From positions 113,958 to 177,957 of the forward strand of contig CANREP010000001.1 of NCBI GenBank assembly GCA_947629685.1: DNA of 64,000 bases, given 5' to 3'. The notes beneath the pieces were generated by a model. The model did no database searches. It had not been told where the DNA came from and worked only from the letters and a program-made list of their open reading frames with translations. The first letter of the stretch is position 1. The number at the start of each line of letters is the position of its first letter. Of this stretch, positions 9,837 through 18,913 are shown piece after piece. This DNA is from an uncultured Phascolarctobacterium sp. GTDB lineage: Bacteria; Bacillota; Negativicutes; Acidaminococcales; Acidaminococcaceae. The translations under genes and the position numbers were made by a program.

Positions 9837-10710
9837 ACCTTCCACCTTCTCTGGCCGCAAAAACCATCCTGTCGATATCTGCATAGTCGCGGCGCACTGC
9901 AACGGCGCCCAGTCCACATGCACGGCACATAGCGCATACCGCCTTGCTCTGCCCTATGCCGATTTCAAAGGCCAGCAGTCCGTCCGCTGTAAGATAATCT
10001 GCCGCCTTATCAGTAATCCTGCGGTAAAAATCAAGACCGTCCACGCCTCCGTCCAGCGCTCCATGCGGTTCCTGCTGTACGTCGCGCGCCAGCGTGCCTA
10101 TATCGGCAGCCGGTATATACGGAGGATTGGATACGATGATGTCAAATTTTTTCTCCTCCGGGATGGCGCTGAATAAATCTGACAACAAAAACGCGGCCCT
10201 GTCAGCCACACCGATGCGCACGGCATTTTCCTTTGCCACTTTCAAGGCTCCCGGCGCAATATCCACGCCCACACCTTTGGCCTGGGGCAGATAATCCAGC
10301 AGCGACACAAGGATAGCCCCGCTGCCGGTACCGATATCCAGTATTTTCGGCTCGCTGTTCACTTTGTCAGCCGCTGAAAGCAGGCTTTCCACCAACAGCT
10401 CCGTTTCCGGCCTCGGTACCAGCGTATGGCTGTTGACCTTGAAGGTATTGCGCATAAAAGCTTTTTCGCCCAGGATATATGCCAGCGGCTCATGCTGCGC
10501 CCTCCTGGCTACAAAGCCCCTGTAGGCTGCCAGCTCCTGCTCGTCCAGCGGCCGCTCAAAATCAAGATATAATTTTATGCGTTCGCATTTTAAAACAGCA
10601 CAAAGCAGTATTTCCGCATCAAGGCGCGGGTTTTCCACGCCTTTTTCTGCAAAATACTGCTTCGTCCAATTTAAGATTTTTATGATAGTCCAAACAGGCT
10701 TAGTTTCCAC
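9805..10710 (-). CDS. prmC: release factor glutamine N5-methyltransferase
   Basis: SAM motif DIGTGSG and catalytic VSNPPYI, directly downstream of prfA. Confidence 0.9.
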   Translation of the reverse strand: METKPVWTIIKILNWTKQYFAEKGVENPRLDAEILLCAVLKCERIKLYLDFERPLDEQELAAYRGFVARRAQHEPLAYILGEKAFMRNTFKVNSHTLVPRPETELLVESLLSAADKVNSEPKILDIGTGSGAILVSLLDYLPQAKGVGVDIAPGALKVAKENAVRIGVADRAAFLLSDLFSAIPEEKKFDIIVSNPPYIPAADIGTLARDVQQEPHGALDGGVDGLDFYRRITDKAADYLTADGLLAFEIGIGQSKAVCAMCRACGLGAVAVRRDYADIDRMVFAAREGGRYADILLEITK

Positions 10711-10711
10711 T

Positions 10712-11779
10712 TTATTTCACCTGACGTAATTGTTCACTCTGTTTCGCCGTAATCAGCGCATCCAGCAGCTCGTCCAAGTCGCCGTTGACAATGGTATCAA
10801 GCTTATGCAGGGTAAGGCCGATACGATGGTCGGTAACGCGTCCCTGCGGATAATTATAAGTCCTGATACGCTCGCTGCGGTCGCCCGTACCTACCTGGCT
10901 CTTTCTGTCCTCAGCTGTTGCCGCGCGCTGTTCTTCCTGCGCCTGTTCCAGTATGCGGGCACGTAGTACGCGCATACATTTTTCACGGTTTTTCAGCTGA
11001 GACTTTTCATCCTGACACTGTGCCACGATACCGGTAGGAATATGGGTGATACGCACGGCAGATTCCGTCTTGTTGACATACTGTCCGCCCGCGCCGCCTG
11101 CCCTGTAGGTATCTATACGCAGATCAGCCGGATTGATTTCCACATCTACCTCTTCCGCTTCCGGCAGTACGGCCACCGTTACAGTCGAAGTATGCACGCG
11201 CCCCTGTGATTCCGTTTCCGGCACACGCTGCACGCGATGGACGCCGCTTTCAAACTTCATGCGGCTATAGACGCTGTCGCCGCTGATCTGGAACACTACT
11301 TCCTTGAAGCCTCCCAGCTCGGTGGGGTTAGAGTCCATGACTTCTACCCTCCAGCCGCGCGTTTCAGCGTAACGCACATACATGCGGAACAGCACTCCCG
11401 CAAATAAAGCCGCTTCCTCGCCGCCTGCGCCGCCGCGGATCTCCACGATAACATTCTTGTCGTCATTAGGGTCAGAAGGCAGCAGCAGGATCGTCAGCCT
11501 TTCTTCATAAGCAACCAGCTTAGGACGCAGTTCCTTCAGTTCTTCTTTGGCCATCTCGGTCAGCTCATCATCGTCACCGGCAGCCAGTATCTCCTCCGCC
11601 TCGTCACGAGCCTGCAGCATATCGCGGTATTCGCGGTACACGCCTACGATATCGGCCAGCTTGGCATGAGCCTTGGTGCATTTCAGCCACTCAGTCTGAT
11701 TGGCGATAACATCAGGGTCGCTTATTTTTGCCTCCAGATCCAGATATCTGTCTTCCAATGCCTGTAATTTATCTATCAT
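10712..11779 (-). CDS. prfA: peptide chain release factor 1
   Basis: GGQ motif ([18 protein letters not shown]) and RF1-type [17 protein letters not shown]. Confidence 0.95.
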   Translation of the reverse strand: MIDKLQALEDRYLDLEAKISDPDVIANQTEWLKCTKAHAKLADIVGVYREYRDMLQARDEAEEILAAGDDDELTEMAKEELKELRPKLVAYEERLTILLLPSDPNDDKNVIVEIRGGAGGEEAALFAGVLFRMYVRYAETRGWRVEVMDSNPTELGGFKEVVFQISGDSVYSRMKFESGVHRVQRVPETESQGRVHTSTVTVAVLPEAEEVDVEINPADLRIDTYRAGGAGGQYVNKTESAVRITHIPTGIVAQCQDEKSQLKNREKCMRVLRARILEQAQEEQRAATAEDRKSQVGTGDRSERIRTYNYPQGRVTDHRIGLTLHKLDTIVNGDLDELLDALITAKQSEQLRQVK

Positions 11780-12672
11780 TGCTCATTCTTCTCCTGCTCG
11801 ATAATTTCTTCCGGCGGCAGTACCGCTTTTAAAGAAGCGATAGCTACTTCGATCTGCGAATCGTCCGGCTCCCTGGTAGTCAGCTTCTGCAGCAATAGTC
11901 CCGGCATGATGGCAAAATGCACCAGCTTATTATCTGCATGAGCCCCGGCAAACCTGATAATCTCGTAGCTGACGCCCGCAATAACCGGCATCAGCACGAC
12001 TCTGGAAGCAATGCGCTCTGCCAGATTAGGCCAGCCTAAAAAAGTAAAGATAAACATACTGATCAGCATGACAATCATCAAAAAATTAGTGCCGCAGCGG
12101 GGATGCAGCGTACTGAACGGACGCACATTCTCTACTTGCAGCGGCAGCCCGGCCTCATAAGTATAAATCGTCTTATGCTCTGCCCCGTGATATTGAAATA
12201 CCCTCTGGATGTCGTTCATAGAGGAAATGGCGGCAATATAGATAAGAAAGATGACCATACGCAGTACGCCTTCAGCTAAATTCAGCAGCATAGGATCTGC
12301 TGTCAGATTATGCAAAAAACGCATGGACCAGGTTGGCAATACGATAAACAGGCCGATAGCCAGCAGTACAGAGGTAGCAATCGTCATAACCATTTCCCTG
12401 GTGCTGAGCTGCTCGTCCTCCTCTCCAGACACCTGCGCCGAATAGGCCAGGGCTTTCATTCCGTCATATAGAGACTCAAACAAAGCCACAACGCCGCGCA
12501 GCAGCGGCTTTTTTAAAATCGGATATTTATCGCGGATACTGCTGACAGGATTTACATCAACAGAAATCTCTCCGTCCGGCTGGCGCACAGCTACTGCAAT
12601 TTTGTCTTTACCGCGCATCATGACGCCTTCGATAACAGCCTGCCCGCCTACATTAAATTTTTGCTTTTCCAT
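11776..12672 (-). CDS. DUF1385 domain-containing membrane protein
   Basis: [13 protein letters not shown]...HGAEHK signature with several TM helices, conserved upstream of prfA in Firmicutes. ATG at 12672; the longest ORF reaches 12702. Confidence 0.8.
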   Translation of the reverse strand: MEKQKFNVGGQAVIEGVMMRGKDKIAVAVRQPDGEISVDVNPVSSIRDKYPILKKPLLRGVVALFESLYDGMKALAYSAQVSGEEDEQLSTREMVMTIATSVLLAIGLFIVLPTWSMRFLHNLTADPMLLNLAEGVLRMVIFLIYIAAISSMNDIQRVFQYHGAEHKTIYTYEAGLPLQVENVRPFSTLHPRCGTNFLMIVMLISMFIFTFLGWPNLAERIASRVVLMPVIAGVSYEIIRFAGAHADNKLVHFAIMPGLLLQKLTTREPDDSQIEVAIASLKAVLPPEEIIEQEKNEQ

Positions 12673-12732
12673 AAAGTACCCCAAAACAATACATATCATC
12701 AAGCTGCCCTACAGGCAGCTGCAAAAAGTTCT

Positions 12733-12770
12733 GTATACAAACACAGCAGAGCTTTTTGAGCTCTGCTGTG
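12733..12770 (-). terminator. intrinsic terminator after rpmE
   Basis: Minus strand: CACAGCAGAGC-loop-GCTCTGCTGTG followed by TTTGTAT. Confidence 0.6.
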
Positions 12771-12777
12771 AAGATGA

Positions 12778-12981
12778 TTATTTTTCTGTGTTATAACGTT
12801 TATTGAATTTTTCAATACGGCCACGTGCTGCAACGTTACGTTGTTGGCCGGTAAAGAACGGATGGCATTTGGAGCAAACGTCAACACGCAATTCACCTTT
12901 TACACTGCCGGTTACAAAGCTCGCGCCGCAAGCGCAGGTTGCTGTAACTTCGCTGTATTTAGGATGAATATTTTCTTTCAT
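12778..12981 (-). CDS. rpmE: 50S ribosomal protein L31 (Cys-containing type A)
   Basis: MKENIHPKY...[10 protein letters not shown]...[10 protein letters not shown]. Confidence 0.95.
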   Translation of the reverse strand: MKENIHPKYSEVTATCACGASFVTGSVKGELRVDVCSKCHPFFTGQQRNVAARGRIEKFNKRYNTEK

Positions 12982-13104
12982 TATTGTGCACCTCACTTTT
13001 CAATTACGGATGTTATATACTATTCGATATTAACGCTAAATAATTGTATCACATACCTTTAAGATAAGCAAGCTGTTTTTCCGATGAAAAAAATATTTTT
13101 GCAC

Positions 13105-13131
13105 AATAAAAGACCCCCGCCGGAGCGGGGG
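13105..13131 (-). terminator. intrinsic terminator after hsp20
   Basis: CCCCCGC-CGGA-GCGGGGG stem, with a U-rich tract on the minus strand. Confidence 0.7.
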
Positions 13132-13137
13132 TAAGTA

Positions 13138-13590
13138 TCAGCCCTCAATAGCGATGTAATTTTCTTCTTTAGCCAGCTGTTTCGGTTCAGTCCTGGGAAT
13201 GAAGACTTTCAAAATACCGTCTTCAAATTTTGCTTTAATATCTTCCTGTTTTACTGCCTCACCTACATAGAAACTTCTGGAGCATTGCCCAACGTAACGT
13301 TCACGGCGGATATAAACGCCCTCTTCATTTTTCTCATCTTTATCGACGCCCTTAGAAGCGCTGATAGTAAGATAACCGTTTTCCAGTTTAGCGGTAACAT
13401 TTTCTTTCTTGAAGCCCGGCAAGTCAATATCCATTTCATAGCCTGCATCAGTCTGTTTAATATCGGTCTTCATCATATTTTTTTCATGTTTACCGTATAA
13501 CGGATTATGTCTGCCGAAAAACTCTCTTTCAAACGGAAAATCCATAAAATCATCAAATAAACTTTCACCAAAAATACTCGGAACTCTCAT
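13138..13590 (-). CDS. Hsp20/alpha-crystallin family small heat-shock protein
   Basis: 150 aa. The alpha-crystallin domain reads MKTDIKQTDAGYEMDIDLPGFKKENV...GYLTISA...F.L...V....I.A.F.DGIL. Confidence 0.9.
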   Translation of the reverse strand: MRVPSIFGESLFDDFMDFPFEREFFGRHNPLYGKHEKNMMKTDIKQTDAGYEMDIDLPGFKKENVTAKLENGYLTISASKGVDKDEKNEEGVYIRRERYVGQCSRSFYVGEAVKQEDIKAKFEDGILKVFIPRTEPKQLAKEENYIAIEG

Positions 13591-13715
13591 AAGTCATACC
13601 TCCATATCAGGCCACAGTTTGCGCTGCGGGTTAAGTTTTATATCTGACATTGAAAAGAAACCGCTCTTTAGCAAGCCGCTCTTTTCTTTGTTCACTTATG
13701 TTATAAATCTTTTTG

Positions 13716-13742
13716 TTAGCACTGTCAATAGACGAGTGCTAA
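13716..13742. promoter_or_regulatory. CIRCE element (HrcA operator)
   Basis: TTAGCACTG-N9-GAGTGCTAA differs from the consensus TTAGCACTC-N9-GAGTGCTAA at one position. It lies 126 nt upstream of the hsp20 start codon. Confidence 0.85.
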
Positions 13743-13800
13743 TGTTCACAAACTCTACAAATTTGCATATCTTATCTATATTTATTATATTCTTTCATTT

Positions 13801-13843
13801 TTATCCCCAGCTGTGGATAATTTATCAACATTTCTGTGGATAA
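13801..13843. promoter_or_regulatory. cluster of four DnaA boxes
   Basis: TTATCCCCA (13801-09), TGTGGATAA (13812-20), TTATCAACA (13822-30) and TGTGGATAA (13835-43). Two are perfect and two are one-mismatch matches to TTATCCACA, arranged as two convergent pairs. Confidence 0.75.
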
Positions 13844-13871
13844 AAAGAAAAGCCCGACCAAAGTCAGGCTT
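13842..13871 (-). terminator. intrinsic terminator after the purine permease gene
   Basis: Minus strand: AAGCCTGAC-TTTG-GTCGGGCTT followed by TTCTTTTT. Confidence 0.65.
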
Positions 13872-13897
13872 ATAAGATACCGTAAGCGTATTATCAT

Positions 13898-15279
13898 TTA
13901 CACATAAATATACTTTAACACAAAGATGATAGCTAAAATATGCATCAGCGCGCTGATTTTTTTATAGCGGTAACTGCCGCTGGCCAGATTGATAATCACA
14001 TAGGAGATGATGCCCATGGAAATACCCTCAGAAATGGAATAAGTAAAGGGCATGGCCACAGCGGCAATAAATGCCGGAATGGCTTCACTCAGGTCGCTGA
14101 AATCAATATTGAGCATACTGCTAAACATTGAAAAGCCTACGATGACCAAGGCCGGAGCCGTAGCAAAAAGCGGGACAGCCAAAAACAACGGCGCAAATAA
14201 AATACTGAGCAAAAACAACGCCGCTACCGTCAGCGCCGTAAGTCCTGTACGCCCCCGGCAGTAACACCGGCTGAACTTTCCACTGTAGTGGTAACGGTAG
14301 ACGTACCTAAGACTGCGCCGCAGGTAGTCGCCATAGCATCAGCTAAAAGCGCGCCTCGTACTCGCGGCAGCTTACCGTCTTTATCCAGCATTTTTGCTTT
14401 CGACGCAACACCGATCAAAGTACCGATTGTATCAAATAAATCAACAAACATGAAAGACAACATAACGGCAATAAAATTAAAACTCATCACCGCGCTGAAA
14501 TCAAACTGTAAAAAGGTCGGCGCTACGCTCGGTATTCCCATTCCCAGTGAAAAATCAGGCAACACTGAATGCATCCCTAATGCCGGATTAGGCACATAAA
14601 TGCCGGTAATCTCGCAAAAAATACCCAGCATCCAGGTAAAAACGATACCGTATAAAATAGCTCCAGAATAATTTTTGGCAGTAAATACCGCCGTCATCAA
14701 AATACCGATAACAGCCAGCAGCGCCCCGATTCCGGTAGAATAAAATTCTCCGCTCGCCAACGCTGACTTAAACGGGTACAAAGCTACAAGACAAGGCCCG
14801 TCTATGACTATTTTAGCATTCTGCAGACCAATAAAGGCGATGAAAAGCCCTATGCCGCTGGTAACGCCATACTTTAACGCCGGCGGGATGCAGTTGAAAA
14901 TCGCTTCGCGTACCTTGGTCAGCGACAGCAGAATAAAGATGATGCCTTCAATAAAGACCGCTGCCAGCGCTACCCGCCAGGAATATCCCATCTGGCCTAC
15001 AACCGTATAAGCAAAGAAAACATTAAGTCCCATACCTGGCGCCAAAGCAAAGGGATAATTCGCCAATACGGCCATGAATACCGTACCAAGGCAGGCGGCT
15101 AAGGCCGTCGCCATAAAGACTGCGCCTGCATCCATACCAGTCGTACTTAAAACGCTGGGATTAACCGCCAAGATATATGCTATCGTCATAAAAGTAGTCA
15201 AGCCAGCCATCAGCTCCAGACGGACGCTTGTTTTATTTTCTCTCAATCTAAAAGTTGTTTCTAATGCACGTTTCAGCAC
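13898..15279 (-). pseudogene. NCS2/AzgA-family adenine-guanine-hypoxanthine permease, split by a frameshift
   Basis: ORF 14230..15354 ends ...TVESSAGVTAGGVQDLRR*. The next frame reads RTGLTALTVAALFLLSILFAPLF..., the expected continuation (ORF 13898..14218). The frames switch at the CCCCC run 14252-14256. The likely start is GTG 15279 with SD GAGGTG. Confidence 0.8.
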
Positions 15280-15371
15280 AGTTTTCACCTCATAACCCGT
15301 ATTCAGAAGGCAGATATTTAGTAAAATTCTATGGTATTTTATTCCTATTGTCAATCAGCGGCAGTTTTTCT

Positions 15372-15407
15372 AAAATAAAATAACCCAAAGGCACTCGTCC
15401 TTTGGGT
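15372..15407 (-). terminator. intrinsic terminator after the thioesterase gene
   Basis: Minus strand: ACCCAAAGG-loop-CCTTTGGGT followed by TATTTTATTTT. Confidence 0.8.
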
Positions 15408-15412
15408 CACTC

Positions 15413-15847
15413 TCACCATTTGTCTGGAATACCGGGAAAATCCGCAATGGCCAGCATACAGCTCATCCCTGTAGCTAACATTCTGCCGTTTTCATCCAAA
15501 ACATTCATACTCATATTGATATTAGCCGCATCACGATAACTGATTACCGCTTCCGCTTCTACAAAAGTACCTGCCTCCGCTGCTTTGATAAAGTCGACCG
15601 TCATGGAAACGGTGACTACCCTTTTGCCTACGGAAGCGGCCGCAATGCCGGTGGCATTGTCCATCAGCGTCATCAGCAGCCCGCCGTGCAGCTTATTGTT
15701 GACATTAGTATGCCTGTCCGGGTCGATTCTAAGACCGACCCGCGCCTTACCACAGGCAATGTCAATTATCCTGATACCGCACAGCTTCATAAAACTGTTA
15801 TGCGCATACAGCTCCTTAATATACGCACTTATTTCAGAAGGTGTCAA
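15413..15847 (-). CDS. PaaI-family hotdog-fold thioesterase
   Basis: About 145 aa with the typical N..LHGG.....D...G motif (NKLHGGLLMTLMDNATG). TTG 15847 lies 6 nt after GGAGGGG and just after the PrpD-family stop. The longest ORF starts at 15868. Confidence 0.75.
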   Translation of the reverse strand: MTPSEISAYIKELYAHNSFMKLCGIRIIDIACGKARVGLRIDPDRHTNVNNKLHGGLLMTLMDNATGIAAASVGKRVVTVSMTVDFIKAAEAGTFVEAEAVISYRDAANINMSMNVLDENGRMLATGMSCMLAIADFPGIPDKW

Positions 15848-15849
15848 TA

Positions 15850-17217
15850 TCACCCCTCCTTCCAGCATTGGGCAAGTCCTTGCGCAAAATCCTCACATTC
15901 TTCTAAATTTTCGATAAGACTGCACAAATTTCCTGCCTGCTGCTGGCCGTATACAGGCACAGCCAGATGCATGAACTTAGCTTTGGCTTCTTCCCAAGTT
16001 ACAGGATTGTCCGGGTCCCCTTTGGGATAATCAACCTGAAGTTCAAGCACTTTGCCGTCGCTGCATACTATTTCCAGTCGGGAAGCAAGTTTCGAGGCAT
16101 CTTCCTGATGAATCTTCTCAATAGCCGCATCGCGGATCACCTTGGTCTTTGCCATCAGTCCCCTGACAGCGGCATCGTGGATGATGTCCTGTGCGAACTG
16201 CTCTATGCCTACGGCTCCGAAAGCAAGCATGGCAGCTACGCAGTACTGGATACTGAATTTACAGCCATAAGGATTCTGCGGCTGCGGATTATTGATCAGG
16301 TAGTCTGTAATGTCATTGACATAAAGACGTACTTCCGCAATATCCTCAGCTTGCAGCGCATGTTCCTGCTTCAATACCTGCGCCGCGTAGATAGCAGCAT
16401 GAGCATGTTTGCAGCAGGCATAAGGTTTGAAGGAGTTTTCGTCTATTCTGAGACGGGCGCAGTCCAAATCGTCCGTCAATTTATCCCAGTGAGGCTCCGG
16501 CACCATCGCCCGGCAGAAACCTTTTTCTCCTTCCAAGATGCTGCTGGCTGCCGTAAAACCGTTGTAGGAAAGATAGGCCGAAAGCACGCCTGCATAAGAA
16601 CTCTTGCCGGCATGAAGCGCTTTACTCATCGCGCCTTCTTTCAGGAACTCCCACAAGCCGGCAGCCTGGGTACCTGCACTGCCATAGCACATGAGTGTCT
16701 CCTGCGGCGAAAGCTGCAGCAGATTGGCAGCGGCGGCTGCAGCGCCAAAGGTACCGGCCGTACCCGTAGTATGCCAGAAGAAATAAGATTCTGGAATAAC
16801 GCTCTCGCCTATCCTGCCTCCGGCTTCATAACCGGCGCAGACAGCGGCAATCATCTGCTTGCCGCTCTTATGCTCAGCCTCCGCGATAGCAAAAACGCCG
16901 GGTACAACTACCGTAGCCAGATGGATGATAGACGGATTATGCAGGTCATCAAAATCAAGGGTATGCGAAGCCGCACCGTTGCAGAAAGCTGCATCAAAAA
17001 CCGACGTCTTGCCTTGAGCACCGTCAAAAACCGTTGACTGGGCCGCATTATTGTGCAGGATCGTCTTCCTGATAATCTTGGCAGGCTGTTCCTGGGAACC
17101 GCGGATAGAAACCCCCAGCCAGTCCAGCATACACTTTTTCGCCATGTCAACAGAAACAGGCGTCAGCTTATCATAACTCAAGGCAGCAGTAAAATCAGCT
17201 AAAGTCTTGGTAATCAT
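15850..17217 (-). CDS. MmgE/PrpD family protein (2-methylcitrate dehydratase-like)
   Basis: About 455 aa with the family pattern ...DWLGV...HTLDFDD...HPS..........GAAAAA......KP...C.... Confidence 0.8.
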   Translation of the reverse strand: MITKTLADFTAALSYDKLTPVSVDMAKKCMLDWLGVSIRGSQEQPAKIIRKTILHNNAAQSTVFDGAQGKTSVFDAAFCNGAASHTLDFDDLHNPSIIHLATVVVPGVFAIAEAEHKSGKQMIAAVCAGYEAGGRIGESVIPESYFFWHTTGTAGTFGAAAAAANLLQLSPQETLMCYGSAGTQAAGLWEFLKEGAMSKALHAGKSSYAGVLSAYLSYNGFTAASSILEGEKGFCRAMVPEPHWDKLTDDLDCARLRIDENSFKPYACCKHAHAAIYAAQVLKQEHALQAEDIAEVRLYVNDITDYLINNPQPQNPYGCKFSIQYCVAAMLAFGAVGIEQFAQDIIHDAAVRGLMAKTKVIRDAAIEKIHQEDASKLASRLEIVCSDGKVLELQVDYPKGDPDNPVTWEEAKAKFMHLAVPVYGQQQAGNLCSLIENLEECEDFAQGLAQCWKEG

Positions 17218-17260
17218 TTCATCAGCTTCTTTCTTACACAACCGTTAATAACCAAGGTAA

Positions 17261-18913
17261 TCAGAACATGGAGCCAGATTGTTTATATTCGCCGAATACT
17301 TCGCGCAGTACGCCGCAGATTTCACCAAGAGTAGCATAGGTCTTAACAGTTTCAATCAGATAGGGCATCAGATTTTCTTCACCCTGAGCCGCAGCTTTCA
17401 GTTTTGCCAGTGCTGCATCGACAGCTTTCTGGTCTCGCTGCGCTTTCATAGCATTTACTTTGGCAATCTGTCTTTCTGCCACACTGAGGTCGGCAGTCAG
17501 TACATCATTAGTCTTAATCTGTTTATTATCGGCAAATTTATTGACGCCGACAACCACGCGAGTACCTTTTTCAATCTCGCTCTGATAAGCGTAGGCATGA
17601 GCAGCCATCTCACTCTGCATGTAGCCTTGCTCGATTGCCGCAACAGCACCGCCCATGGCGTCGATCTTAGTGATATATTCATAAGCTTCTTTTTCAAACT
17701 TATCTGTCAGCGCTTCTACATAATAGGAGCCTGCCAGCGGGTCGATAGTATCGGCAGCGCCGCTTTCATAAGCGAGCATCTGCTGAGTACGCAGTGCCAG
17801 TGTCGCAGATTCTTCAGTCGGCAGCGCGATAGCTTCATCATATGCGCAGCAAGCCATGGACTGGATACCGCCGAGGATTGCAGAAAGCGCCTGCCAGGTG
17901 ATACGTGCGACATTGTTCAGCGGCTGCTGAGCAGTCAGCACGCTGCCTGCCGTATGCACATGCACGCGCAGCATCTGCGCCTTGGGAACTTCCGCACCGT
18001 AACGTTCTTTCATAATTCTTGCCCACAGGCGGCGTGCTGCACGGAATTTTGCTGCTTCAGAGAAGAAGTTCAGACCGGCGGTAAAGATCCAGCTGATACC
18101 GGGAGCAAAGTCGTCAACTTTCTGGCCGGCTTTAATAGCAGCATCGATATAAGCCATTGCGTTAGAGAATGCAAAAGCGATTTCCTGTACTTCAGAAGCG
18201 CCTGCTTCACGAATGTGGTAAGCGCCTACGCTGATAGTATTCCATTTAGGAATATTCTGCGAGCAGTAAGCGAAAGTGTCGGTAATCAGACGCATGGACG
18301 GACGCGGCGGGAAGATATAGGTACCGCGGGCAATATATTCTTTCAGAATATCGTTCTGGATAGTACCTTTGAGCTGTTCCGGCTTCACACCCTGTTTTTC
18401 CGCTACGGCCACATACATGGCAAGAAGTACTGCTGCCGGGCCGTTAATGGTCATGGAAGTACTTACTTTATCCAGCGGGATACCGTCAAAAAGTTTTTCC
18501 ATATCGGCCAAAGAGTCAATGGCCACGCCTACCTTGCCCACTTCGCCGTGAGAAAGCTCTGCATCAGAATCCAAGCCGATCTGAGTCGGCAGGTCCATTG
18601 CTACAGAAAGTCCGGTCTGACCGGCTTCCAGCAGGTATTTATAACGGGCATTTGTTTCTTCTGCAGTAGCAAAGCCGGCATAAGCGCGCATGGTCCACAG
18701 TCTGCCTCTGTACATAGTAGGCTGCACGCCGCGGGTGAAAGGATATTGCCCGGGAAATCCCAGTTTTTCGCTGTAATCGAAGTCTTCTACGTCCAGCGGA
18801 GTATACAGGCGTTTTTCGGCAAATTCCTTTCTTTCGGGAAATTTGCTAATAGCTTTTTCCACTTTGGCATCGTAGCCTGCCATACCTTGCTCAAGCAATT
18901 CTTTATTCAACAT
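17261..18913 (-). CDS. methylmalonyl-CoA mutase-family catalytic (TIM-barrel) subunit, no B12-binding domain
   Basis: About 550 aa with [49 protein letters not shown] and [16 protein letters not shown]. It ends right after ...[19 protein letters not shown], where full-length MCM continues into the DxHxxG cobalamin domain. The ATG at 18913 has SD AAGGAGG. Confidence 0.85.
   Translation of the reverse strand: MLNKELLEQGMAGYDAKVEKAISKFPERKEFAEKRLYTPLDVEDFDYSEKLGFPGQYPFTRGVQPTMYRGRLWTMRAYAGFATAEETNARYKYLLEAGQTGLSVAMDLPTQIGLDSDAELSHGEVGKVGVAIDSLADMEKLFDGIPLDKVSTSMTINGPAAVLLAMYVAVAEKQGVKPEQLKGTIQNDILKEYIARGTYIFPPRPSMRLITDTFAYCSQNIPKWNTISVGAYHIREAGASEVQEIAFAFSNAMAYIDAAIKAGQKVDDFAPGISWIFTAGLNFFSEAAKFRAARRLWARIMKERYGAEVPKAQMLRVHVHTAGSVLTAQQPLNNVARITWQALSAILGGIQSMACCAYDEAIALPTEESATLALRTQQMLAYESGAADTIDPLAGSYYVEALTDKFEKEAYEYITKIDAMGGAVAAIEQGYMQSEMAAHAYAYQSEIEKGTRVVVGVNKFADNKQIKTNDVLTADLSVAERQIAKVNAMKAQRDQKAVDAALAKLKAAAQGEENLMPYLIETVKTYATLGEICGVLREVFGEYKQSGSMF

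Noticed and set aside
15280-15412. Expected a purine (guanine/adenine) riboswitch upstream of the NCS2 purine permease.
   Set aside because: The minus-strand leader lacks the conserved TATAAT..GGG..ATATGG...CCGTAAAT...GACTA core. The only structure present is the terminator of the preceding thioesterase gene.
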